A stretch of 63,902 nt of DNA, the filler included, from Aduncisulcus paluster (taxonomy: Eukaryota), in assembly GCA_024181965.1 (NCBI GenBank). It is 6 parts of 6 records of this genome, joined end to end, with 100 filler letters (N's around TTAATTAATTAA, not from the genome) between each part and the next. Parts side by side here need not be neighbours in the genome. Positions count along the whole stretch, not along the records: positions 20,933 to 40,936 come from BQXS01012512.1; positions 41,037 to 53,513 come from BQXS01012513.1; 4 more parts are not named here. The stretch is one strand, 5' to 3'. Below, piece by piece: positions 34,603-46,750 of this stretch (position 1 is its first letter; each line of letters starts with the position of its first letter). The translations under genes were made by a program, and so were the position numbers. The notes beneath the pieces were generated by a model. The model made no database searches, was not told the origin of the DNA, and saw only the letters and a list, made by a program, of their open reading frames with translations.

Positions 34603-34869
34603 CCTATTTAACCCAAAACAATCGACTATCAAAAAACATCAAGTTGTCTAAAAATAGATACTTGCATTTTCTCATTCCTCTACAAGTTCAGATATAAAAT
34701 GAATTTAGTATGAACAAGAATCAAAAGCTGTGTTTCTTTTCATACTCATGAATTTCCTTAAAAGGATGTTACATAATATTCATCAATAAAAAGCGGGGAG
34801 TGAAAAGGTTATGAATTTGTTCATAAACAAAGATTATTCTTCAAAATCGATTTAAAAATATAATATAAG

Positions 34870-37086
34870 ATGGAAGCAAATCCCAATAATTCCACCGAGG
34901 TGCGGATAAACACCTCCTCTGGCTCGATTGATGATGTCGACGATAGAGATGATGTTCTATCGATTGCTGCCACTGTTGGATCTGATATTTGTCCTAATCC
35001 TGAGGATTTCGATCGTGTTGTTTGTACTACAGAAGAATTAAAGTGCCTCATTCAAATGGGAGCCGAAGCGCATAAATATCTCATGGAATTAAGTGTATCT
35101 CGTCGTAAAACTGAAGAATTTATGGATGAATCAATCAAAAAGGAATATTCTTTATTCAAGGATAAGAACAAGTCATCTTCAGAACTTCCGATGACCCATT
35201 ATGAACTTGAGGATATCACAAGTCCCATTCAACATGAAGGCAAGATAAGTGAAGAAAATGTAACTGAACCAGTGGATAACGAAAAAGATGAAGCCGGAGA
35301 AAAGTCTCTTCCTTCTGGATCTGAAGAAGTTAAAACGTTAAAAGAGACTGAAGATTTGGATCTTGAAGAGAAGATTACTATTTCCCCATCAAACAAAGCT
35401 TTTTTTACGATGCTTTCAAGTTTTGATACCTATCTACCACTTTTATTGTCTTCTGTAAAACTTCAGTATGAATCCCTTTCAAGCATATTGCAAAATGCAA
35501 TGACTGTCAGAGCTTTGCAACATCAATATAGTGTTATGGGACAATTTGGACATGCTTGGATGAGTGGTGTTGAAGAAGAAGAGGAAGAGGAAACTGAAAA
35601 TGAGGGGAAATTGGCATGTAGTGAAGCCGTTGCTGCTGATCTTATTCAGCGGCAGAAGAGTGAGGAAAAACCACGTGAATCAACACTGGATGTTCGTAGA
35701 GTTAGTGCTTCCTCCCGATCTTCTGGTCTATCCGATGCCAAGGAAGAAGATGAATATAAGAATGATGAAGACAAAACTTCTGGGCACACAGAGGATGTTT
35801 CGCTGTCTACCAATGTTGATGCGACAGTGTCTTCAAGTACTCTCTCAGGAAAACCAAACTCTCGACAAATTCTCACAAGAGAAGCATTGAAAGAAGCCGA
35901 ACACGATCTATTAATGCAACAGACTGAAATTGCCAGTCGGGCCAGGTGTCTCAGTGTTGGAGAGGAAGAAAGTGAAGGCGATGAAGAATCCACTGTGACA
36001 AGTGTGACTGCAAATCATGGAGAGGAAGAGGAGGAGGAGGAAGAAGAAAATCATGAAACTGGTACTCTCCCCCTTTCTTCAGTGTATACTGCCAAAACTG
36101 ATATTAACACGTTAATGCCATCAGCAAGGCGAAGGAAGAGCCCTCGGAGAAAACGTGAAATTCAAGAAGTGAAGGCAGGAGAATTGACCACAAAAGATCT
36201 GGATAACTCTGAAGATGAAGATGAAGAATCTACTTCCTCTTCATTTAGACATTTTCAACAAACTCAGCGACTTCAAACTCAATCTGAATCGCTCCAACGT
36301 CAGGTCACCGAGCTCCAGGATTTGGTTGAAGAAATAACCGTTGAGAACAACACTCTCCGTGATCGAGGAAGAAAGCTTGAAGTGGAATATGGACAGCGGA
36401 TGAGAGTTGCTGAAGTCAATGCGAGCAATTTGTTACGGGTGCACAAAGAAATGGAAGATGAACTCTCGGCAATGAAAAAAGAGCGGGAAGATAGCCTTAA
36501 ATCTGCAATTGATGGATCCGTTGTTGCTGAACTTTACAGTGCCAAAGTTGACCAAATTAAAAGAGAATGTGTCCGTGAGAAGCGTCGTCGTATCGAACTC
36601 GAGGAAATAGTTTCGAAATATATGAGTGAAAATCCAAAATTGAGGAAAATGTATCTCATGGATGATGGGACTCCCATTGACCTCGAAAAAACTTCTACTT
36701 CTCATTATGGGAGCCATGTAACATCAAAATCTATTCAACGTCTGAAAAAGGAAACAAACTTCACGAAAATTAAATCTTTGGCATCTTCCTTGAGTAGTAT
36801 GCAGCGTGAATTGGATAATGTCGCAAGACAAAATGTGATATTGAAGGAAAAAACGAAGGAGGCTCGTGGGAGAGAGGAGGATGCTGTTCGAAGATTGAGA
36901 GATTTGCGTTCAGTTATCGAGAGAGAAAATTCAATGAAGATTAGGCATGCCGTTGAAGAAGAAGAATCAAGGAGAAGAGATGCTGAAGGAAAATTCGAGA
37001 GCGAAAAAAGAGAATTTACATTGGAGAAGATTCGATTGAAGAAAGAAATTGCTCGGCTAAGTCGTGAAATTGATAGAAGAAAATGA
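34870..37086 (+). CDS. Hypothetical 738-aa acidic/coiled-coil protein
   Basis: Long ORF with disordered acidic middle and C-terminal coiled coil. Confidence 0.8.
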   Translation: MEANPNNSTEVRINTSSGSIDDVDDRDDVLSIAATVGSDICPNPEDFDRVVCTTEELKCLIQMGAEAHKYLMELSVSRRKTEEFMDESIKKEYSLFKDKNKSSSELPMTHYELEDITSPIQHEGKISEENVTEPVDNEKDEAGEKSLPSGSEEVKTLKETEDLDLEEKITISPSNKAFFTMLSSFDTYLPLLLSSVKLQYESLSSILQNAMTVRALQHQYSVMGQFGHAWMSGVEEEEEEETENEGKLACSEAVAADLIQRQKSEEKPRESTLDVRRVSASSRSSGLSDAKEEDEYKNDEDKTSGHTEDVSLSTNVDATVSSSTLSGKPNSRQILTREALKEAEHDLLMQQTEIASRARCLSVGEEESEGDEESTVTSVTANHGEEEEEEEEENHETGTLPLSSVYTAKTDINTLMPSARRRKSPRRKREIQEVKAGELTTKDLDNSEDEDEESTSSSFRHFQQTQRLQTQSESLQRQVTELQDLVEEITVENNTLRDRGRKLEVEYGQRMRVAEVNASNLLRVHKEMEDELSAMKKEREDSLKSAIDGSVVAELYSAKVDQIKRECVREKRRRIELEEIVSKYMSENPKLRKMYLMDDGTPIDLEKTSTSHYGSHVTSKSIQRLKKETNFTKIKSLASSLSSMQRELDNVARQNVILKEKTKEARGREEDAVRRLRDLRSVIERENSMKIRHAVEEEESRRRDAEGKFESEKREFTLEKIRLKKEIARLSREIDRRK

Positions 37087-37350
37087 TGTTCTTCAATAAA
37101 TTAAATTAATTTTTGATACGACAATATAAGGTGGTTGAAAAAATGTAACATCAAAATCTATTCAACGTCTGAAAAAGGAAAAAAACATCTATTTTTAGAT
37201 TTTATAAAAATAATTTTAAAAGATAAATTTTTAAGTATTATATTTTTTATTATAAAATTTTATTTGAAAATAAAATTAGTTTGTTTCTAAAAATAGTAAT
37301 TTTTTGGAACTTCAATTCTTCATCTTGTTGATATAACTCAAACTCGATGA

Positions 37351-38062
37351 ATGAAATTTCAAATTTCTTGGGCAGATCCTGTAAAGGAACTTGAAAAAAA
37401 GGTTAAAGAAAATCCTTATTTCCCTTTTAATCGAGTTGGAGACCAAAGTATGTTTTCTTCATCCCTGATTCATCAATATGAGTTCATTTTGTAATATTTT
37501 TGTTTACAAACTTGTATTTTATTAATTTACAAAAGAATTTTTGCTTCAACAATCCTATGTTGAATTATATATCGCTCTTGGCGTTCTCGTTGTTTCTTCT
37601 CTCTTTTTGATTATCAGTGCATCTTTGAAGTGGGTTAATAACTTACTTTTCCTTTATTTTATCCCAATATTTCTTGGAAGTTTATGTTTTGTTGTCGTAT
37701 ATTGGTCACCGAGGCAATATATCTTAGATGGTGATAAGAAAACTTGTACTTTTAAAGTTGGGAGAGAAATGGTGATTGTGAACTATCATAATATTTATAT
37801 CAGACTCCGAAAAAGCGAAAGTCAGTTTTCCTCCAAAGAATTGTATGGTTTGATGTTTGATGGGTATCGAATTGATTCCCATCCCATCACAATTCGGCCT
37901 TCTCATAGAACGAATGCTAAACTTCGCGAATTAGGAAAGAAAATTGCAAAAAATTTGAACATTAATTATTTTGATCCAACGAATATGAGCAAACATCATG
38001 TCCTTCGTCATCAAAGGAGAAGCGAATTTGTTAGGGATGCTGAAGAAGATCAGATTGTTTGA
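37351..38062 (+). CDS. TMEM249: TMEM249 (CATSPER-theta)-like two-TM protein; intron 37448-37535
   Basis: Spliced product P.+EL.++VKENPYFPF....F+L, two TM helices, HNIYIRL, YGLMFDGYRID, LGKKIAKNLNINYFD...S.HHVLRH matches TMEM249 motifs as recalled (LGRYIARKLNINYFD...RHVVRH). Confidence 0.85.
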
Positions 38063-38144
38063 TTTCGGATTAAAATGTTAATAATGTTTATTTCATTCAT
38101 GTCTGCGAAATTGCTGCGTGATTTATGATAGTGTTAAATAAATG

Positions 38145-38951
38145 TCACAACAGGAAAGGAATCATCCTTTTTCTATCCTTAGGATAATCTGGAAACCTGT
38201 CAAGGTACCATTTATGGTGAGAAAATGCCCTTGGGAGTAAGTTTGCGAATGTCCAAAATGCAAAGATGGCACCACTAAATGACCAAGTAAGAATAGCCCA
38301 GCCAACCCATTCAATAAATTCTCCCAAATAGTTGGGGGAAGTGACAAATCGAAAGAGACCTCCATATGGTATCTTATAAGCCGTTTCACCAGGTTTTCTC
38401 AGGGAGAGAAGAATTTGATCAGAACCTTTGTTTATCAAGTATCCAAGAATAAAAAAAATAGTACCACCAATGAATTGAGGAGATAAATACCAATTTGATG
38501 GATATTTTGGAGACAAGAAAAAAAGGTATCCTGCATTGATGTAGCAGTTTCCCGTATTGAAAATCATCGCCAGCATAGCAATAAGAACAGGCATTTTACC
38601 TTTTCCTTTTAGTTGGAACGGAAATATAAAAGCTCGGTGAATATAATGAAACTCCCAAATAAGAACAAAAACTATAGAAATCGGATCTATTCGCCGATCG
38701 CTCCGAATAAATAAATAGAAAAATAAAACTGCAGATACTGATTCCATAATAAACCATCCAATTGAATTATTGACAGACGGCCCAATTGATTTCGATGAAT
38801 GCCGTCCATAACATGCTGAAACGAAAAAAAGGCAAAAGAAAACAAGAATTCCTGCAAATACCATAATAAGAGAAACAATTTTATGCAAATTATCATTAAT
38901 ATACAATGAATCCATCAATACTAAGGAGTCAAAATCTGACGAAACACTCAT
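38145..38951 (-). CDS. 3-oxo-5-alpha-steroid 4-dehydrogenase (SRD5A1/2/DET2 family)
   Basis: A.YGRH, GWFIMES, HYIHRAFIFPF, SDQILLSLRKPGETAYKIPYGGLFRFVTSPNYLGEFIEWVGWA, NLLPRA..HHKWY..FPDYPKDRK. Confidence 0.95.
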   Translation of the reverse strand: MSVSSDFDSLVLMDSLYINDNLHKIVSLIMVFAGILVFFCLFFVSACYGRHSSKSIGPSVNNSIGWFIMESVSAVLFFYLFIRSDRRIDPISIVFVLIWEFHYIHRAFIFPFQLKGKGKMPVLIAMLAMIFNTGNCYINAGYLFFLSPKYPSNWYLSPQFIGGTIFFILGYLINKGSDQILLSLRKPGETAYKIPYGGLFRFVTSPNYLGEFIEWVGWAILTWSFSGAIFAFWTFANLLPRAFSHHKWYLDRFPDYPKDRKRMIPFLL

Positions 38952-39169
38952 GTTGACCAAATAGCCGCTGTCTTGTCCGCCGTTCGTCTACGTAGAATCG
39001 CCCACCTTCCAGCCTTTTGTATTCTCATAATCTAATTATTTTATATAATAAATGATAGAAATATATTAATAAATGAGCAAATGTCAAAAATAAGTTCTCT
39101 AAAATTTATTTTTCTCATGTTTACTAGGTATAACAAAAAACTCATCCTTTTGCATGCAGAACAGATGAA

Positions 39170-39658
39170 TCATGATGAAGTGGTAATGGATATTGTCATT
39201 GCGTATGGAAAAAGATCATATTCATCCCGTAAAATCTCCAAAATTCTTGATATTCCCTCTCGTTAGATATTTCTGGGAGAACAACTGTAAAATAGAAATA
39301 TCTATTCCAAGGAGATCAGCAGTTTTTTGAACTATTTTTGGGTCACTGTAACCATTTTGAATCTTGTTACATACATAATTCTTCGTTTTTTTTTGACGGA
39401 CATAACCTTTGAAAGGTCCACGGCGATTTCTTCTACTATTTTGTTCCACAGCTCTCTCACCCGTTCTGTAGATGTCACATCATGAATTTGACCAACACTT
39501 ATAGCCCCTATAGACACTAAAATCGCTGAGAGAAAACACCTATTCCCTTCTGGTGAAGCTGAGATAATAGGCTTGTCTAATAGGTCACCGATGGCTTTAC
39601 TTGGTGCTTTATCGGCGCAAATAGTCCTAAAACGAGGAAAACTCTCTTTCTTTTGCAT
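39170..39658 (-). pseudogene. Frameshifted OTU-like cysteine protease remnant
   Basis: PEGNRCFLSAI (compare DGNCxF.A), then in another frame TADLLGIDISI and, after stops, NIHYHF (His box). Confidence 0.35.
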
Positions 39659-40409
39659 GGAATCCTTACAACAAATGTCTTCCTGAAGACTCTTCAGATA
39701 TCGGATATCTGTATAAGATTGTTTTTTTTGTTATATTATATATAAATAAAATTCGTTTTTCGTTTTTTAGATTTTTTGGATTTAAATTCTTAATTTTTTA
39801 TTAGTCATTAACAGGTTACATACGATTTTATGTGGGCGGAAATAGGTGAAATAACGGTATATGCATCGTTTTGAGGCGGGCGATTCTACATGAACTAACG
39901 GCGGTCGGGGTCTGTCGTGTTAATTCTCCAAATTTATCAGTAGAAACAATCCAATTATCCAGATTTTGTGATTGACACATATATTTTTCGCATAATAGAG
40001 AAATACGATGGACATAATTTTTATTTAATATTACTAATTTGCAACGAAACAATTCGTTCATTCTCATAGTTTGAATAGGAAAATCAATATCATTGATACC
40101 ACTCTATAAATTAGGTGTGAAAATTTCATAGAATTGAAGAAAAACATGAAAGAGAAAAATTCAGAAAAAAACTATTTGTGATATTGAGAATATGAATAAA
40201 ACAAACCAGGATACTTTATCTTAAATTTAGAATCATATTTATCTGCTTTATGCCTAATGGATCCCATTTGAATCTTATTTATCCTGGTTTTTTTTGAAAT
40301 TTGTGGAAGTGAGAAAGAAACAGGAGAAGGTGAAGGAGATGAGGATGGAGAGAGAGAGAGAGAAGGGGACGGCATGCGAATAGAAGTTGCATGAGGCTGT
40401 CTTGGTGTT

Positions 40410-40936
40410 TTAATTGAAGGAAATGGAAAAGAAGAGGGAAGAAGAAGAGGAGGAAGAGGAGGAAGAGGAAGAAGAGGAGGAAGGAGAAGAATGGCAAATG
40501 GGACGGTCTTTGGATGGCAATTTTGAAGAAATATCCCGAATCTCAGATTTCTCAAGAGATGAAATCCAAGGCCAAATCATACGATCGCGCTTCTCTTCCC
40601 GTTCGGCAACGTCAGAAGCACCGACAGCCCGAAATAGATCAGTGTAATAATCAGTTTGAGAAGAAGGAAGAGGATAGAGAAGAGAGAGAGATGGAGTATT
40701 ATCGATATGTTCACGAATAACTTCAGGGATAGAACAAGAGGAAGAGGAGGAGGAAATACAATGGAAAGAAGAGTCTTTGGTCGAGCGATCGACAAGGCCG
40801 TCAAGATATGATTGAGTTCTTGTCACAGCATGAAACATTCGTCTTTTGTGTGCTTTTCGCTCACTCTTCTCAACTACACGCCTTGATATTGCTCGCTTAT
40901 GAACAAGATCGAACACGTCGTTGAGTAATTTCTCTT
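40410..40936 (-). CDS. 3' end of a hypothetical Ser-rich protein, truncated by scaffold end
   Basis: Frame open to the linker; poly-Ser tracts. Confidence 0.5.
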
Positions 40937-41931
40937 NNNNNNNNNNNNNNNNNNNNNNNNNNNNNNNNNNNNNNNNNNNNTTAATTAATTAANNNNNNNN
41001 NNNNNNNNNNNNNNNNNNNNNNNNNNNNNNNNNNNNATGGTATTAATGTTGTCAAAAACTTAGAAATATAACTGAAAAAGGATGGTAGCGAGATCAATTT
41101 AGAAGAAAAAGCAAGAACTAATGAATTCCAACAAATAGAAAAGAAAGTTAAAATTACCGAAGCTATTCGATAAAATATCCCTCGAATTGAGATAAAATAA
41201 TCGAATAATGATGCTAAAAGGAAATGAATTTTGTTGGGAATACGAGAGAAAGGTATATATGGATATAACAATAATGTGGTGAGAAAACAGAATTTTTTGA
41301 CATTCAAAAAAAATTCTACCCACACAGAAAGAACAAAACAGGGATAAAATAGTTTGGGAAGGCTTATCATATGGATAATATAGACTAGTAACGATAATAC
41401 AACAATCAACTTAAAAGATCAAAAAAATATAATTGAATTATTTAGCTATATGTATTTTATAAACCAAAATTGGATAAGTTGGTGTTATAATAATCTGTTT
41501 CCAGGAAAAACGACTGGGTCTGATTGAACATCAAAGAAATATCAACTAATTCTATACGTAATGTTGCAATATATTATAACAGATACTGTAATTTCTGAAT
41601 ATTATAATTAATATGCTATTTTCCTGATGAGAACACATATAACATAAAGTTTACTTTATTGATGAATCTAGTTTCGTTCTCTGACAAAATATCTTTAAAT
41701 TGCATTTATTAATAAGTGAACTATAATTTTAAGTTGGTAAAACTGGATAATAACAAGGAATGTCTGCGGAGCAAAAAAAACTTTTGGCCCAAAACATCAG
41801 TGATGTATTGTAAAATTACCAAATTCCGATCGCAATATCATTTATTTGAAGTCATTCGAACGACATCAACTATAATTTCCAAACGATATTCGTTGGTTTG
41901 TTCCTTTCTATACAGCTTCACAAGTTGTGAA

Positions 41932-43485
41932 TCACAACAAAGCTCTAAACAGATCTCTATCGAGATTTTGGTACTCCATGTGCCAATCATCTCCTTCGCT
42001 AGCCTCAAATATTTCCTCAAATACATCAACTCCATCAGTTCTCCCGTGAGAAGGAGAAGATAAATTGATTACGGGAGTAAATGAACATTCACCATACTTC
42101 TTCTCATCTTCAAGAGCTTTGGCATACTGTTTCCGTGTTTTTGCCCTTGGATCTGATGACAGTTTGAAAGGTCGTGGCATCGTGTACGACGAATCATAAC
42201 GAACAGTGGGGACAAAACGTTGAGGTACCGATCTGGGCGAGAATTTTGTTGATTCCATGAAGGTATATGAACCATGCGTGCTTGCTGTTGCTTGTTTCTT
42301 CACTTCACGTTGTTTACGACCAGAATACTGACGCTCTAGGTGTTTGCCCAACCCTCGAACAACCACTGGACGTCTATAAATAGAATTGAGTGTATGGGGA
42401 GATGAAGAAATCAATTCAGGTTGGAATGTGCAGTCGGCATATTCTTTCTCACGGCTTTCCATTTCAAGTTCCATTGATTTCACAGCTTGTCTCTTCTTTG
42501 TACGTTCTATTGACTTCATGATTGCCTGGGGATCTTTTTCGTGATAAATGCTTTGAACTTTGAATTTTTTTTGACTTTTCAAGAGTTGGGGTTTGAAAGT
42601 ACATTCTTGAAACTCTTCAACTTCGTATTTATGTTTCAATTGGTCTCTTTTCATCTTAATGCCAAGTCCTCCAAAAGAACCCGAACTGGCTGGCCGTTTT
42701 TGACGGGCTGTAATGGCTAATTTATGACTTCTAGGGTTAATTTCAGGTTTAAAAGGGATTGATGCCATATGATTCATCTCAAGCATCGAACGCTTCTTTT
42801 TAATATTAGCTCCAGATTTTGTCAGCCTTTTAACGACGTCTTTCTCTCTAACTTCGTAGGATTTGCCAAAAGAATCACCGGCATCAGGAAAATCTGATAC
42901 TTTGGGTTGAAAGGTGTATTCTTTCGAAAGATCTTCTTTAATACTCGATATTTCTCTGTCTCTTTTGCTGGCAAATGCCTTTTGCCGTGTTAAAAAATCA
43001 GCATTTCGACCTTTAAAGTGATCACTATCAGCAACAATAAATTCGGTTTCTTTGGATATTCTAGGCGCAAAAGTACACTCTTCTTCGCGTTTCTTCTCCA
43101 TATCTTTCCGTTTTTGTTTCATTTTTTGCTCTTTTAAAATAGATTCTTGTAATAATCTCTTCTCTACAGTGTCATTTGCTGAGAATCCTCGGGAACGTTT
43201 TTGGGCCAAAATTCTAGATTTTTTCGATATAAATGGTTTGGGATTCCTGGATTCTGCAAGTTTTTGCTTCTGTAACATTATTTCTTGTTGTCGGCGTCCA
43301 ACCTCCCAAACACGTTGATGGACAGGTCTAAGATCTGCTGTAATCTCAGCAGATTTCTGATTGATGATTGGTTTAAATGTACATTGCTCAAGATCCAGGG
43401 ATTCCGCTTCCGCTCGCAGTTTTTTGATTCTCTCTTCCTTATTAGTTGAACTCAATTCAAAAAATTTATCTCGATGATTCTTCAT
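41932..43485 (-). CDS. Basic protein with ~8 [CY]TFxPxI repeats and a TxPxPFxL motif; probable microtubule/flagellar protein
   Basis: CTFKPII, CTFAPRI, YTFQPKV, IPFKPEI, CTFKPQL, CTFQPEL, CSFTPVI separated by basic helices; YTMPRPFKLS. Confidence 0.75.
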   Translation of the reverse strand: MKNHRDKFFELSSTNKEERIKKLRAEAESLDLEQCTFKPIINQKSAEITADLRPVHQRVWEVGRRQQEIMLQKQKLAESRNPKPFISKKSRILAQKRSRGFSANDTVEKRLLQESILKEQKMKQKRKDMEKKREEECTFAPRISKETEFIVADSDHFKGRNADFLTRQKAFASKRDREISSIKEDLSKEYTFQPKVSDFPDAGDSFGKSYEVREKDVVKRLTKSGANIKKKRSMLEMNHMASIPFKPEINPRSHKLAITARQKRPASSGSFGGLGIKMKRDQLKHKYEVEEFQECTFKPQLLKSQKKFKVQSIYHEKDPQAIMKSIERTKKRQAVKSMELEMESREKEYADCTFQPELISSSPHTLNSIYRRPVVVRGLGKHLERQYSGRKQREVKKQATASTHGSYTFMESTKFSPRSVPQRFVPTVRYDSSYTMPRPFKLSSDPRAKTRKQYAKALEDEKKYGECSFTPVINLSSPSHGRTDGVDVFEEIFEASEGDDWHMEYQNLDRDLFRALL

Positions 43486-45061
43486 ATTGCAATAAAACCA
43501 AATTGCAGTATAAAATTTATATTTATAAAATGGATGATTCGAAATTTAGGAATTCTTTTAGAGTATCTCTAGATTTGGAAAAGGGGCTCAAAATATTGCC
43601 TAATATTCGTATATATTCAGTATACATTATATTTTATTTAAAAATTTTGGAGTAATTTAAGACTAACCATCATAAAATTTTGAAATTCAATTTGCGATGA
43701 CGTCGCAAGCGACAGCATGCAAAAAGAATGTTCAAATTTCACCATCGTGAAAACACGCGGTGAGTAAAAATAGTAAAAAATAGTACCCTTGACCGGGTCA
43801 AGAACATGGCACGAAGAGCCTCCCAATAGAACCTCCCGCCTGAAAAATGCGTTTTTTAGAAACGTCAGGTAGGGGAAACATCCACTAGGATCAAGGTCTC
43901 CATAATCAGAATGGAAATCCATTTTGGAACAAGAGCAGGGGTTTTTTCTTAGTTTACCTGAAATAACTCCCACCCGACCCTCCACAAAGAAGAAGAAGAT
44001 CACATGGAGGGCAAAAAAAGGAAAAAGATCTACAAAAATAGTTGACATACGAACTGTGAACTTTTAGACTCTATCATATCNNNNNNNNNNNNNNNNNNNN
44101 CCCTTGACCGGGTCAAGAACATGGCACGAAGAGCCTCCCAATAGAACCTCCCGCCTGAAAAATGCGTTTTTTAGAAACGTCAGGTAGGGGAAACATCCAC
44201 TAGGATCAAGGTCTCCATAATCAGAATGGAAATCCATTTTGGAACAAGAGCAGGGGTTTTTTCTTAGTTTACCTGAAATAACTCCCACCCGACCCTCCAC
44301 AAAGAAGAAGAAGATCACATGGAGGGCAAAAAAAGGAAAAAGATCTACAAAAATAGTTGACATACGAACTGTGAACTTTTAGACTCTATCATATCAAAAT
44401 CATAAAACAGTTTAAATAAAATTATAATACGTTACCAAGTATTTCGTCAACAAAATAACGATAATCTTTTACAATATCGCTATATAGATCATCAATAGAC
44501 TAGAATGATTCCGGTTCTCACTGCAAATCCAAACGGTCCACATGAGCTTATTTCAAACATCAAATTGATTCCATAAACATTATTCAAATACTAATGGAAA
44601 CTTTTCATGCTTTGAAAGCTCAAAATTCTGTCACCAGAACTTCTCGCTTGAAGCGAATGAATAAGGGATTTAAAAATAAATAAAAAATACAGCGTATGTT
44701 ATATTGTGTATAATTATTATATTTATTTTATAAAAATTCCAGAAAACTCAGACGCTTTTTTAATTTTCATCTCCATGGCTCTATTAAGCAAGCAGATAAA
44801 AATAAAAAAATAATAAATGAATAAGGGTGTCATAGGATATTAATTTTAACGTTTTTAGAATATTGAAAAAGTCGCAGTGCGACATAGTCGCAAAAAAAAT
44901 TCATCATAAAATTTCAAGTTGATTATTGTTTTAAAAAATGACAAAATTTAAAAATACATTAACTATGGAAAGCTAATTTCATTTTCTACGTTCTTAATAC
45001 GGCCAAAAGTTACAACCTTCAACAGGAAAATGGAAAGGCTATTGTTGCTTGAATTAGAATC

Positions 45062-45439
45062 ATGGTACGTTTTATTTTTTTGAAATTTATGTAGTTTACT
45101 ACCATCTGTTATTTTGAAGTCTAATTGCCTTTGGTATATTTCCCATTTCCTCATCTGACGTAGGATTTTTATTCCCAAGATCATTTATACTATATTTTTT
45201 CAACTTCTTCAATAATTATCGCCATATTATTATTTATCATTGGTTTTATTGCTCAGAATTTTTTTGTAGTTATTTTCGGGTTAGGAGCCGTAGGATTAGT
45301 TTTTTCATTGATAATGGTTCCAAATTATCCAATATGGTGTAAAAAAGATCCTGAATGGAGAAAATTACCCAAAAAATCAAAGCAACCAGATGATCAAACC
45401 ATCCCAGTCTGGAAAAAAATACTTGATCAATTATTTTAA
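45062..45439 (+). CDS. SPCS1: Signal peptidase complex subunit 1 (SPC12); ATG-only exon 1, intron 45065-45163; absent from ORF track
   Basis: M|DFYSQDHLYYIF...IIGFIAQNFFVVIFGLGAVGLVFSLIMVPNYPIWCKKDPEW matches SPC12 pattern MDFxGQ / G++.Q.F / +P.WP.+...P..W; 93 aa, two TMs. Confidence 0.8.
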
Positions 45440-45690
45440 AGCATCGCCAATGAAATATAAATAATGAGGATTATATTTCATTCCAAATTGATAATTAACT
45501 GATATTTTAAAACGTATGACAAGGAGAAATTGATATTTTATGATCCCCATAGCTCTATTTATGGAAATTGTGAATGAATCATGAATTTCTTTTATTAAAA
45601 TGGAAATTCCATGGATATAAAGGGTTATAAAAGACATTCTAACATTATATTAACTCAATAATAAACAGGATTGCTATTCGTTGATGTCTA

Positions 45691-45709
45691 AAGTTTAGAC
45701 TCAAACCTC
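45691..45709 (+). repeat. 19-bp direct repeat AAGTTTAGACTCAAACCTC, left copy (right copy 49819-49837)
   Basis: Exact match by inspection; flanks differ on both sides. Confidence 0.9.
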
Positions 45710-46750
45710 TGGGCTTCGACCACTATACCATAAAAGGAATATTGTAGATATGGTGACCTTACACCACTACACAATCTCACTGAGATTCTTTCCTGGTCCA
45801 ATAATGATATTTTAAAAATAAATTTATCTGTAAATTAATTATTTAAGATGTTGTCATTCTCGATATTAAAGAAGACAGATTCCAAAGGAGATGCAAAGGA
45901 TAAACTACGCTGGCCAGGCTGGGGAACGAATTAAGTCGAATAAACTTAAACAATGACATAACAACTTCTAACGCATCATAGTCTCACCAATACAAGAAAT
46001 GAAGCAATGAAGCAATGAATCTGTGTCGATCTTTGAATACATTTGAAAAATCTTGAATCCAACTCTCAAAGCTCATACAAGTTCGTGAAAGATGATATTA
46101 TTTCAGATCTTAGCTAATCGAAAGAAAATGGAAAGAAAATCGAAAGAAAATCGAAAGCTCTCAAAAAGAAAGCCATGTTGGCAATATCTCCAAGGTAGAC
46201 GGGAATAAAATGCACATGTGGAAGAAAAAAAGTATTATTTTATCCCATTGTATCTCCAAGGATATGTCATGATGCCATCCAAATGGCGACTTTTCGATCC
46301 TTTGATGTCAACAACGGACAATTGCAATACTATCCAAAATTTTATATCGCACTATTCCAAATATTGTGCTTTCAAACGATGAACGCATGAACCTCGCAAA
46401 GCTCGTGAGCGACAGAATTTCAAACTAGAAACTGGAAACTATATAATATAATAAAAATATCAAAAATAAAGCTGAAACACCAGCCCTTTTCGTTACAACT
46501 ACGAGAGAATCTTTTGTGTTCGGCCCGCTATTTCAGTATGTTTCCCCGATTCATGAAAATATTTCTATTGTTTTTCCTTTCGTTCTTTTTCATTTTTATT
46601 ATTCTCCTTGTTATTCCTCACCATCCTTCTATTTGCATTCCTAGTCTGCTGGTCAATCGCATCTTCATCATTCATTCGTTCGTAATTTGTACACTCTAAG
46701 ACTATTTCTATCTTCCATTGGTTGGTTGGTTGTTTCTTCCGTTTTCTACA

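Noticed and set aside
43638..44363. Two paralogous minus-strand ORFs
   Set aside because: The second is a gap duplicate, and neither strand gives a recognisable intact protein.
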